A stretch of 64,000 nt of DNA, taken from positions 1-64,000 of the IMG/VR virus record IMGVR_UViG_3300023179_000037; one strand, written 5' to 3'. Below are positions 28,940 through 37,585 of the stretch, piece by piece. A model generated the notes under the pieces. The model was not told the origin of the DNA. It ran no database searches and saw only the letters and a program-made list of their open reading frames with translations. Within the stretch, counting starts at the first letter, position 1. Each line of letters starts with the position of its first letter. This stretch comes from a virus. Position numbers and translations under genes: made by a program.

Positions 28940-29354
28940 TTTATTCCACATCGATTTTCCGGGGTATGCTCCATTAGAAGTAACGCTTACTCATCCTGAT
29001 GATTTCTTAAAGGTTAGAGAAACTCTTACTCGCATCGGGGTAGCATCTAGAAAAGATAAAGTATTGTATCAATCTTGTCATATTCTTCATAAACAAGGTA
29101 GATATTTTATAGTACATTTTAAAGAATTATTTGCTTTAGATGGAAAACAAGCTGATTTAACAGATAATGATTTGCAGCGTAGAAATACTATAGCAAAATT
29201 ATTAGTTGATTGGGGATTGGTAAAAATAAATGAACCTAATTTATTTTTTGATATTGCTCCATTATCTCAAATTAAAGTTATTGCTTTTAAAGATAAGGAT
29301 GACTGGGATTTACAAACTAAGTATAATATTGGTAAGAAAAAACAATCTGCATAA
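28929..29354 (+). CDS. regA: translational repressor RegA
   Basis: FLKVRETLTRIG, LYQSCHILHKQGRYFIVHFKELF. Confidence 0.95.
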   Translation: MADDLFHIDFPGYAPLEVTLTHPDDFLKVRETLTRIGVASRKDKVLYQSCHILHKQGRYFIVHFKELFALDGKQADLTDNDLQRRNTIAKLLVDWGLVKINEPNLFFDIAPLSQIKVIAFKDKDDWDLQTKYNIGKKKQSA

Positions 29355-29375
29355 TAAATAATATTGTCTATATTA

Positions 29376-29467
29376 ACTAGCATGTCAGTGAAGGCTAGTA
29401 AAATATACACTGATGCCAATGCCATTTGGGTTGGCTTTACTTAACTCGCTAAATAGGAGAACTATAA
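29376..29467 (+). promoter_or_regulatory. hsp20 leader: pseudoknot plus ROSE-like RNA thermometer
   Basis: ACTAGC/GCTAGT with TCAGTG/CACTGA pseudoknot; CTCGCT pairs with SD AGGAG with a bulged G. Confidence 0.55.
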
Positions 29468-29956
29468 ATGACACTAATGTTTCCTTCATTATTTAAAGAT
29501 ATGGATAAATTTCTTGTTGGTTTTGATGATACATACAATCGTATGTCGAAATTTCATGATGATCTGACCAAAAATGTTCCCAATTATCCTCCATATAATA
29601 TTCGTAAATTAGACGAAAACAAATATATTATAGAATTGGCTGTTGCAGGTTTTGCTAAATCTGATATTGAAATTGTTTTCGAAGATAATAAATTGATTAT
29701 TAGCGGTAAATCCCAAGATGATTCCGATAATGCCAATTTTCTTTTTAAAGGAATTGCAAATAGAGCATTTACTCGCACATTTTTACTTGATGATCAAATA
29801 GAAATAAATGATGCAGCAATGATGAACGGAATGCTTAAAATAGCTTTGGAAAAAATTATTCCGGATCATAAAAAGCCCAAGAAGATTCAAGTAAAAGATG
29901 GAGAAGCAAAAACATCTAGTAAACAATTATTGACGGAAAACGAGCATGATATCTAA
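29468..29956 (+). CDS. hsp20: small heat shock protein Hsp20 (IbpA-like)
   Basis: NYPPYNI, LAVAGF, GIANRAFTRTF, NGML. Confidence 0.93.
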   Translation: MTLMFPSLFKDMDKFLVGFDDTYNRMSKFHDDLTKNVPNYPPYNIRKLDENKYIIELAVAGFAKSDIEIVFEDNKLIISGKSQDDSDNANFLFKGIANRAFTRTFLLDDQIEINDAAMMNGMLKIALEKIIPDHKKPKKIQVKDGEAKTSSKQLLTENEHDI

Positions 29957-30092
29957 TCTTTTTGCTTTTTTAGCAAATACTTTAGATAAATGGTCATATA
30001 TTTCTACCGCAGAACTTTATCTTTCTAAAAGCGTAGACAGAGCAGATTTCGATTATAGAGAAAAAAATCTAAAATATCGAAGTTTACTATGA
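29946..30092 (+). CDS. 48-aa protein, DUF3563-like
   Basis: Hand-translated MISNLF...ELYLSKSVDRADFDYREKNL; resembles the YLxxSxDxxDxExR pattern from recall. Confidence 0.45.
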   Translation: MISNLFAFLANTLDKWSYISTAELYLSKSVDRADFDYREKNLKYRSLL

Positions 30093-30187
30093 ATTTTATT
30101 AAGAAATTAATATTCACTATGATTGAAGGTAGAAGAATGAGAATTGAAAAACAAGTGCAAAATTATGTTAAGAGGTATAGGCAATAA
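30089..30187 (+). CDS. 32-aa hypothetical protein
   Basis: ATGA overlap with the preceding ORF; MNFIKKLIFTMIEGRR... Confidence 0.35.
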   Translation: MNFIKKLIFTMIEGRRMRIEKQVQNYVKRYRQ

Positions 30188-30359
30188 AAGATTTTGTACT
30201 TTCGATACTATTAAACTAGGGAACTGGTTAGTAAAAATTAGTTCCCTAGATAGTCAAATTATGATTCATAGTATGAATCTGTTTACTGACGAATATGAAC
30301 TTCGTGTTTTTATGAACGATCTTGAAGCATTTTATTTTTTAGAGAGATATAATGATTAA
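30165..30359 (+). CDS. hypothetical protein
   Basis: ORF in tightly packed operon. Confidence 0.5.
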   Translation: MLRGIGNKRFCTFDTIKLGNWLVKISSLDSQIMIHSMNLFTDEYELRVFMNDLEAFYFLERYND

Positions 30360-30633
30360 AATTATTAAACTTATCACTGCAGAAGAAATTCTTGGTGATA
30401 TGACAATTGAAGATGAAGTATTAAAAATTAAAGAACCCTGTGCTATTATAATGATTCCCTCGCAATCCTCTGTTAATCAACATAGTATGGCACTTATGCC
30501 TTATGCTGGTTATACTAAAAACCATAGGATTGAAGTTAATATGAATAAGATTGTTTGGATAGCTGAGCCGGCGGAAGAAGTTTATAATCAATATAATAAA
30601 ATTTTTGGTACTGGAATTCAAATAGTTGTATAA
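30352..30633 (+). CDS. conserved T4-like hypothetical protein (Sm-like fold)
   Basis: IKLITAEEILG...YNQYNKIFGTGI pattern. Confidence 0.6.
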   Translation: MIKIIKLITAEEILGDMTIEDEVLKIKEPCAIIMIPSQSSVNQHSMALMPYAGYTKNHRIEVNMNKIVWIAEPAEEVYNQYNKIFGTGIQIVV

Positions 30634-30636
30634 TTC

Positions 30637-30945
30637 ATGAAAAAAATTACACATGGTCCTGTGGTTTATATCAATCCTATCTCAGGATTGCCCAAATGTT
30701 CTCCAAAAGACTGTGTGAATAAGTTTCAAAGTTTTTGTGAAATAAAAGAAACCAATTATAAATGGATTGGCGGGCCCGTATTTCATGAATACTATTTTTC
30801 AATTTGTAGAGAATGTAATACTAGAACTATTACTACTTTTGATAAAAAAAGAACAGACCAATCTTACAAAAATGCTATTAAAAATAATGGTAAAGATCCA
30901 GCAATTGAGGAAAAAATAAATGACAACAGAGAAAAAACACAATAG
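30637..30945 (+). CDS. hypothetical protein with Cys motifs
   Basis: ORF; CREC. Confidence 0.5.
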   Translation: MKKITHGPVVYINPISGLPKCSPKDCVNKFQSFCEIKETNYKWIGGPVFHEYYFSICRECNTRTITTFDKKRTDQSYKNAIKNNGKDPAIEEKINDNREKTQ

Positions 30946-31042
30946 AGTTGAAAAGAAAACTAGACAAAATGGTGGCAAAAAAGCTACAATGAATAAATAC
31001 GTTAAAAGATCACATAAAGAATACCGAGGACAAGGAAAATAG
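30920..31042 (+). CDS. 40-aa basic protein ending YRGQGK
   Basis: SD GAGG; hand-translated. Confidence 0.5.
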   Translation: MTTEKKHNRVEKKTRQNGGKKATMNKYVKRSHKEYRGQGK

Positions 31043-31051
31043 CATACTTGA

Positions 31052-31125
31052 TGCGGGTTGGTGAAAAGGTATCACAGAGGACTCATAATCCTCAGTCTCT
31101 AGTTCGAATCTAGAACCCGCTACCA
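31052..31125 (+). tRNA. tRNA with CAT anticodon (Met or Ile2)
   Basis: GCGGGT/ACCCGC acceptor, GAGGA-CTCATAA-TCCTC, TTCGAAT T-loop, encoded CCA. Confidence 0.9.
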
Positions 31126-31222
31126 AATATATCAATCGTTACAAATAGATTTTGTAATATCTTTATTACCCATTATAATATAAGGAGCGTACCAGTACAT
31201 CAATAGGTACGCCACTGATACA

Positions 31223-31834
31223 TCAAAAACTAATTGGTTTAATTGTTGGTTTACCAATTGGTCTTACTCCTGGTGTTGGTTCGCTAGATACTGGTTCAGA
31301 ATCCAATGGTTCGGGCCCAAAGTTTCCTCGCACAGACATCGAATCATTATTACCCATTCCTGCACTCATGGATAAAGGAGCTGGACCAAATGGTCTTGGA
31401 CTCGCTGGTTTATTTAAACCATTCATTGCATTCGCTTGAGCTGCTGCACCTGCCATTGCTGCCTCTTTACCTGAACCTGCTAGCATGATACCAGATAAAG
31501 TACCACATAAAAATGTTGCAACAGGAATAATAAGTTCAAAGAATTTTTGATCTATTGGACTTATAGCATTTAAAGGTTGCGTGACAAACATGATACTATA
31601 AAGAACAGTAAAAACAATCCCAATAAGAGTGAGCGCCAAGCAGACTCCGATAATGAATTTAAGCCTGACCATAAGTTCATTTTCAGTGTATCTTTCACCT
31701 GGTTTTGATCTATCTGAATGTTTTTTCTCTTCATTAGCATTTGATTCAATCTTTTTAGTATTTGGTGAAGTAATAGTTTGATTTTCAATATCATTTGTTT
31801 TTTCCGGTTCCGTAAACATATTTTTTAAATTCAT
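31223..31834 (-). CDS. two-TM membrane protein
   Basis: Two hydrophobic segments; Pro-rich tail. Confidence 0.65.
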   Translation of the reverse strand: MNLKNMFTEPEKTNDIENQTITSPNTKKIESNANEEKKHSDRSKPGERYTENELMVRLKFIIGVCLALTLIGIVFTVLYSIMFVTQPLNAISPIDQKFFELIIPVATFLCGTLSGIMLAGSGKEAAMAGAAAQANAMNGLNKPASPRPFGPAPLSMSAGMGNNDSMSVRGNFGPEPLDSEPVSSEPTPGVRPIGKPTIKPISF

Positions 31835-32061
31835 TTGTTAGCTCCTTTACATTCAGAACAACTATTTTTGCTAGGTGTGGAGTAGGATGCTACACCCTCT
31901 TGTCCTTTAAAAATGTGCTCAGGGCAATCCCTTGATACTTCGCAATAAGGTTTTTTACAATAATCTTTTTCCCAATTATCCGGATTTTGGCATGGGTATC
32001 TGTATCTAGAATCACATCCTGCTAGAAAAAGAATACTAAGAAGTAGAATAATCTTTTTCAT
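31831..32061 (-). CDS. small Cys-rich lipoprotein
   Basis: Lipobox LAGC; RYPCQNP.NW...CKKP.C. Confidence 0.7.
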   Translation of the reverse strand: MKKIILLLSILFLAGCDSRYRYPCQNPDNWEKDYCKKPYCEVSRDCPEHIFKGQEGVASYSTPSKNSCSECKGANK

Positions 32062-32085
32062 TTACATCTTTCCAAGAAATTTTTA

Positions 32086-32433
32086 TTAATTAATGACTTT
32101 ATCATTATAGTCATTCTCCTTTTTTTTATTCAAGTATTTATCTAAAATAGCATTTCCAACCCAAGTAGCCATGTAACCGACGAAATACCATTCACTAAAT
32201 CTTTCTTCTACAATTAAGTACACAAATCCCCACGTACTTACTATCCAAGCGCCAAATCTAACAAATTTCTTTTCATCAAGTTTACCATCGGAACATATTA
32301 AATCTTTAAGATCAAGACTATTTTCGCTATTACGATGCCAAACCCAAAGTAATAAAATAAGAAATACAACCACTATAATCAAAATGGTAGACATTGTAAA
32401 TTGTGTTTTATTGATATCAATCCAATCTATCAT
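32086..32433 (-). CDS. membrane protein (holin-like topology)
   Basis: About three hydrophobic segments; basic C-terminus. Confidence 0.5.
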   Translation of the reverse strand: MIDWIDINKTQFTMSTILIIVVVFLILLLWVWHRNSENSLDLKDLICSDGKLDEKKFVRFGAWIVSTWGFVYLIVEERFSEWYFVGYMATWVGNAILDKYLNKKKENDYNDKVIN

Positions 32434-33116
32434 TTATTTGCTAAAGGATTATCCAGAGCTTTCTTGAGCTTATCATCTATGTCCCTCTCCAGTTTTTTCA
32501 TTTTGGCATCGATGTCTTTGTTGTTGGCATTTATGGCCTTAGTATTTTCTGCTGTCATTGAAGATACAGCCTTGGTATTTTCTGCTGCCATGCGATTCAT
32601 TTCTTTAGTAGCAGCATTAATTGATGCATCAGCTTGCTTTTGAATGTTTCTTACATCAGTTTTTACTTCAGCTACCGTCTTATCAATTTCTCTTTGTTGA
32701 GTTTTGTTACCACGTTCTACATCTTCAACTGTTTTCTCGAGGCGACGAATATCTGCCTTCAAATCATTTTTAATATCACGGGTGTATTCTGCAGTTTTAT
32801 CGCTTCCTTCTTGAACTGCCTTGGCTGTCTTGCTGGCATTTTCCTCTATCAGAGCTAATCGCTTGTCAAATTCCGAAAAGTCCGGACTGACATATTCAGC
32901 AATTTTTTTCTTCATGCTCATGTAGTCTTTGTATATCTCAAAGGTACCATACAGACCACCTAGAATAGATGACACCAAAGTAAATGCTACCATGAGTTTT
33001 GCTGGCGTAAATTCGTAACCGCCTATACTAATAACTGTATCTTTACTAGCATACTTTTTAACTGCTGCTTCGGCATCGTCAATTTTTTTGTTGACGTCTT
33101 TGATTTCTTCGGTCAT
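32430..33116 (-). CDS. membrane-anchored coiled-coil protein
   Basis: One TM segment, then long heptad-like region ending ALDNPL. Confidence 0.65.
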   Translation of the reverse strand: MTEEIKDVNKKIDDAEAAVKKYASKDTVISIGGYEFTPAKLMVAFTLVSSILGGLYGTFEIYKDYMSMKKKIAEYVSPDFSEFDKRLALIEENASKTAKAVQEGSDKTAEYTRDIKNDLKADIRRLEKTVEDVERGNKTQQREIDKTVAEVKTDVRNIQKQADASINAATKEMNRMAAENTKAVSSMTAENTKAINANNKDIDAKMKKLERDIDDKLKKALDNPLANK

Positions 33117-33124
33117 TTTAACCC

Positions 33125-33220
33125 CTATTCTTCTTTTTTACCGGTAGAAGCTGCCAGAATCATTAAACCAAATACGAATAATATAACGTGAAACAATGGC
33201 AAATAATTGTAGTTTTCCAT
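33125..33220 (-). CDS. 31-aa single-TM peptide
   Basis: MENYNYLPLFHVILFVFGLMILAASTGKKEE; SD AGGAG. Confidence 0.45.
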   Translation of the reverse strand: MENYNYLPLFHVILFVFGLMILAASTGKKEE

Positions 33221-33221
33221 G

Positions 33222-35843
33222 TTATCTCCTGTATTGTTGATCGACCATTTCCTGATGAAGTCTGTCGCTTGATAGTTGTCTTAATGCCCTTACATTATCC
33301 ACAGTTCGTTGATTTCTGTATATCTCTTTGGGAGCATAAAAATTAACATCTGATAAAGCAACCAAATAGGTATTAAATCCCACTGGCGCTCTGGCCAGAT
33401 TATCTATAGAAACTCCAGCAGCTGCATCGTTGTCTTGAATATTTTGTTTTGTGGTATACTGAGTATTAGTTTGTCTTTCTGGTTCCGGAGTAGTTGGTTT
33501 TGTATCTAGAATGTTGTTTATAGGATTAGTTCTATCGATTAAAAAATTACCTGCAGTTTGAGGAATTTCTAACTGTGTAACAGGAGCTATGGCAACTGTC
33601 TGTGTTGTAACTGGTTGAACTTCTGCACTTTGTATTTGTGGAGGTTGTACTAGGTTTATCTGTATGGCTCCAGCATTGGTAACAATATTTTCTGACTGTA
33701 ATTGTTCCTGTTTATCAGATAACTGCATCATCGGCGGAGTATATTGACTACTTGTTTGTGTTTGAGTTGCAGCAACAGCAGAACTAGTTGGTGGCAGTAA
33801 AGGACTAGCAGTGCCTGTTTCAGATCTTCTTTCCTCGATAATTGGCGCTGTACTCACATTTATATTTACAAAGGTTTGTACTGAACCTGTATTTTGTTGA
33901 ATGGTCTGATTAGATGTATTAAAGATTTGTACCGGATTAACTATGACTACACTAGTATTTGTACTAGTTTGCTCGGTCTGTGCAACAGATGTTATGGGTT
34001 TTAATGATACCATGCCTAAAACTTCTGCACTATTCTGAGTATTTTGTTGGTTATTTACTGTAGCACTGGAATCTGATTTATTGAAAACTATGCTAGTGCT
34101 GCCTGGTGCTGGGCCAACTATAAAGGTTTCAGATTTATTTGTGCCAGCTATGGATTCTGTAGAGCCAGAAGATTTCTGAGAACTTATATCTGAAGAACTT
34201 TTCTGAGCCAAATCCAAAGCCAATGTTTCTGCCTGTTTTATGCCTGCTACAGCGCTTATCTGTGCATTTTCTACAGCAGTCTGACTAGCCTGCAGAGCTA
34301 TGTTGTTCTCTCTTTGTTGATTTTGTTTGATTATAGATAATGCCAGAGCTGTAGAATCAGACTGTGCAGGATTATCAAGTCTTGAAATAGATTTGCCTGT
34401 TGATTCAGATACGCTCATGGTCAATGAAGTTACGGGCGATGGTGCTCCAGGTGGAGGGGCGGAACCTGGAAGTGGGGGAGATCCCAGTGGAGGTTTACCA
34501 GAATCACTATCAATAATGGCTACTTTTATTTTGGGATTAGTAGATTCTGGATCTTCCAGAGGAGCAGGTATTTTTCCTGCAGGAGGCGGAGTGGATGCAG
34601 TAATAATTTCATTCAATGATGTTTGTTGAATTTTATTTTGTTCGTCTGCCAATCGTTTTATTTCAGCATTAAAGTTGCTGCAGTTTGGACTATATAATGG
34701 CTGTGTATAACAGGGATCTGGACTCCATATGGGTTTAGTATAGGGTGCTATGCCCATGTTGTCGCCATATCCTCCCCATACATTCCAACTTATTCTGCCC
34801 ATGTTAAGACTATTCTGCGATTCAACAAAAAGAACTCGTCCAGATCTGCTGCCCCCACTGTAATTTCCTTCGACCCACCAGCTATCATTGTACAGACTAG
34901 TACCAAATTTATCGTTTATATTAAAACTAACATTTCTTCCATTGGCGCCACTGGAAGCCCAACAAATTATAAAACTAGCAGTACAATAATCACCAGCATA
35001 ATACCCGAATCCATAGTCAAAACCATGTAACTGTACACCGCCACCTATGTGAGGAAGTGTTTTAGCAATATCATAGTTCCACCAAAAGGTTGGACTCAAA
35101 GATCCTTGTACAACACTGCTAAATCCCGGACAACCTGAACTAAAAGCAGGATTTAGTATGCAGGGATCTACACTGTAATTCACATGCATGTAGGCATCTT
35201 TTACCTGCGGTCCATAGCATTGGTTTCCAGAACAGGCCCAAAATCCTGTATCCATGCCAGTGATGCTTAGCTTGGCTGTGCCCACTGTTGACAACATCTT
35301 GGCCCCGGAAAATGTATAGGTTTCGGCCAAGGATTGCCAGGTAGGATTATAAGGGGGATTTCCGTCATTGATATTTTTTAAACCAAGCTGATGCAGTTGT
35401 GAATGCTCTATGGCTCCGGACTTGTTAAAATATTCAAAGGTTGCACTCAGATTATCCTGCATTCCAGATACATCTTCACAATATCCACCGATTTTATTTG
35501 CACAGGGAAATCTATACTGAAAACCATAGCTTATTCCAGTAACAAAAATAGCGCTCGTGTTCTGATAATTAACTGGAAAATTACCTGCATTTACTGTTTG
35601 CGATACTGTGCTGTTGGAATAAGAAAAAGTATAACCATCGGTCACAAAACTACCAGGCATTCCGCTGACATTCCAGCCATTGTTGGTTTTTAGGCTACTG
35701 TCATAGTTTAGTAAATTGCCGGTCTGTAGATCTATGCTATAACCGCTGGGCGTATTAATGGATCCTGAACTGGTAGCCTGAGCCAGAACAGCAGAGCTCT
35801 GCGTCAGCAACAATAAGCACAGTATAATCTTTAAAAAATTCAT
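33222..35843 (-). CDS. large secreted protein, Cys-paired beta domains and S/T/Q/P-rich stalk
   Basis: Signal peptide ending AVLA; repeated DPC...P...P.C motifs. Confidence 0.7.
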   Translation of the reverse strand: MNFLKIILCLLLLTQSSAVLAQATSSGSINTPSGYSIDLQTGNLLNYDSSLKTNNGWNVSGMPGSFVTDGYTFSYSNSTVSQTVNAGNFPVNYQNTSAIFVTGISYGFQYRFPCANKIGGYCEDVSGMQDNLSATFEYFNKSGAIEHSQLHQLGLKNINDGNPPYNPTWQSLAETYTFSGAKMLSTVGTAKLSITGMDTGFWACSGNQCYGPQVKDAYMHVNYSVDPCILNPAFSSGCPGFSSVVQGSLSPTFWWNYDIAKTLPHIGGGVQLHGFDYGFGYYAGDYCTASFIICWASSGANGRNVSFNINDKFGTSLYNDSWWVEGNYSGGSRSGRVLFVESQNSLNMGRISWNVWGGYGDNMGIAPYTKPIWSPDPCYTQPLYSPNCSNFNAEIKRLADEQNKIQQTSLNEIITASTPPPAGKIPAPLEDPESTNPKIKVAIIDSDSGKPPLGSPPLPGSAPPPGAPSPVTSLTMSVSESTGKSISRLDNPAQSDSTALALSIIKQNQQRENNIALQASQTAVENAQISAVAGIKQAETLALDLAQKSSSDISSQKSSGSTESIAGTNKSETFIVGPAPGSTSIVFNKSDSSATVNNQQNTQNSAEVLGMVSLKPITSVAQTEQTSTNTSVVIVNPVQIFNTSNQTIQQNTGSVQTFVNINVSTAPIIEERRSETGTASPLLPPTSSAVAATQTQTSSQYTPPMMQLSDKQEQLQSENIVTNAGAIQINLVQPPQIQSAEVQPVTTQTVAIAPVTQLEIPQTAGNFLIDRTNPINNILDTKPTTPEPERQTNTQYTTKQNIQDNDAAAGVSIDNLARAPVGFNTYLVALSDVNFYAPKEIYRNQRTVDNVRALRQLSSDRLHQEMVDQQYRR

Positions 35844-37426
35844 TAGTTATACTCGCCCGATGTATAACCCTTTACTGTTTTTGCTTCGGCGGGCTGAGTT
35901 TTATAATCATACTGAGGTATTTTTTCGGGATTGGCTTGCCATAAATCTTTGGCCTGATCACCTATTTTTCCTTCATAAGGACAGGGAGTACCAGCTGCCA
36001 TCATGGCTTCCCATACTCTGCGATCCTGACACATGGTAGCCACAGCAGCAACCTTCATGCCCATGTCAAATAAGGTTTTACTAAGCTTTAATCTTTCGCA
36101 GTTTAAATCTCGTTGAGTACCACCCAATGCCATACCGAACATCTGAGTTTGCAGCGCACCGCTGGCACCTGTAGTGCACAGATCAGCACCCCCGCCAGAC
36201 ATCATGGCAGGAGCTATGGCTGTTGGGGGCGGCTGTATGACACGCTGTGTAATAGTGGTTTCGTTGATGTTTCTATTGGTCATGTCTCCAGTCTGGACAT
36301 TCTGATTAATATTAGTGTTGTTATTCTGATTTATATTTGTGTTGGTTGATGTAGCAGTGGACTGATTAATGTTGCGATTGGTCATGTCTCCAGTCTGGAC
36401 ATTGGTATTATTATTGTTGGTTGTAGCTGTCGTCTGGTTAATGTTGCGATTGGTCATGTCTCCAGTCTGAACATTGTTGTTGGTGTTTACATTGTTGGCT
36501 GTACTGGTGCTATTGTTGTTATTATTATAGGTCATGGTGCCAGTATTGACGTTATTATTGGTGTTAACACTGGTGGAGTTATTGGTGTTTATGCTGGTAC
36601 TCGTCGATGTATTGATGTTGCGATTGGTCATATCTCCAGTATTAATATTATTATTTGTAGCAGTGCTGGTACTGGTATTGACATTGTTGTTATTGTAGGT
36701 AACAGTTCCAGACATAATAGTTCTATTGGTACTGTCACTAGTACTGGTATTTTGATTGATGTTGGTTATTTGTCCAGACTGAATATTGTGATTTGTATTA
36801 ACATTAGTCGCAGTACTGGTGCTGGTATTTTGATTGATGTTAGTTATCTGCCCAGACTGAATATTATTGTTGGTATTTACATTGTTATTTGTACTGGTGC
36901 TAGTACTGGTATTTTGATTGATGTTGGTTATCTGCCCAGACTGAATATTATTGTTGGTATTTACATTGTTGTTTGTACTTACACTGGTGCTGGTTGATGT
37001 GTTGTTATTGTTATTGGTCATGGTACCAGTATTTACATTATTATTGTTGTAGGTAACCGATCCACTCATATTATTGTTGTTGTTATTGGTTACTGTGCCG
37101 CTCTGCACATTATTATTGGTATTTACATTTGTGCTTGTACTGGTGCTGGCGTTGACATTATTGTTGGTATTAGTACTAATACTGTTTACTGTACTGTTAT
37201 TAGTATTTGTACTTGTACTAACACTGGTATTATTGGTTTGTACAGAACTGGTGCTGTTAGATGTCGAATTGGTATCTACAAGACTTTTGGAATCGTAACT
37301 GCCTTGGTTTATGGGGTTAGTAGTACTGGTAGTAGTTCCGTTAGATGTTGACTGAGTACTGGTGTTTTGCGCTGATGCTATCGCCGTAAACATAATTAAA
37401 AGCGCTGCTAGAGCCGCTTTTAACAT
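35843..37426 (-). CDS. secreted Asn/Thr-rich repeat protein with Cys-containing C-terminal domain
   Basis: Signal peptide ending ASA; N/T repeats; C-terminal CERLKLSKTL...MCQD...GTPCP. Confidence 0.75.
   Translation of the reverse strand: MLKAALAALLIMFTAIASAQNTSTQSTSNGTTTSTTNPINQGSYDSKSLVDTNSTSNSTSSVQTNNTSVSTSTNTNNSTVNSISTNTNNNVNASTSTSTNVNTNNNVQSGTVTNNNNNNMSGSVTYNNNNVNTGTMTNNNNNTSTSTSVSTNNNVNTNNNIQSGQITNINQNTSTSTSTNNNVNTNNNIQSGQITNINQNTSTSTATNVNTNHNIQSGQITNINQNTSTSDSTNRTIMSGTVTYNNNNVNTSTSTATNNNINTGDMTNRNINTSTSTSINTNNSTSVNTNNNVNTGTMTYNNNNNSTSTANNVNTNNNVQTGDMTNRNINQTTATTNNNNTNVQTGDMTNRNINQSTATSTNTNINQNNNTNINQNVQTGDMTNRNINETTITQRVIQPPPTAIAPAMMSGGGADLCTTGASGALQTQMFGMALGGTQRDLNCERLKLSKTLFDMGMKVAAVATMCQDRRVWEAMMAAGTPCPYEGKIGDQAKDLWQANPEKIPQYDYKTQPAEAKTVKGYTSGEYN
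36255..37025 (-). repeat. imperfect coding tandem repeats (NIQSGQITNINQNTSTS x3; TGDMTNRNIN x4)
   Basis: Visible in protein and DNA; boundaries approximate. Confidence 0.8.
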
Positions 37427-37533
37427 GAAGTTCTCCTTTTAAGTTAGTAATGAGCAACGTCACTTTAACAAAATCAGAGTTCAACAATAAATATTAATGC
37501 ACATACACCATAAGTATTTTGATCAAACTTCTA

Positions 37534-37562
37534 TTGACATCCCTGTCTATTTTATTTATAAT
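37534..37562 (+). promoter_or_regulatory. sigma70 consensus promoter for gp43
   Basis: TTGACA-17-TATAAT. Confidence 0.85.
37553..37560 (-). promoter_or_regulatory. T4-type late promoter TATAAATA for the minus-strand operon
   Basis: TATTTATA on the + strand, about 125 nt upstream of the 37426 start. Confidence 0.55.
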
Positions 37563-37585
37563 TATAGAGTCTATGGAGATTCTTG

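Noticed and set aside
36255-37025. CRISPR-like array
   Set aside because: The repeats are in-frame, degenerate coding repeats without unique spacers
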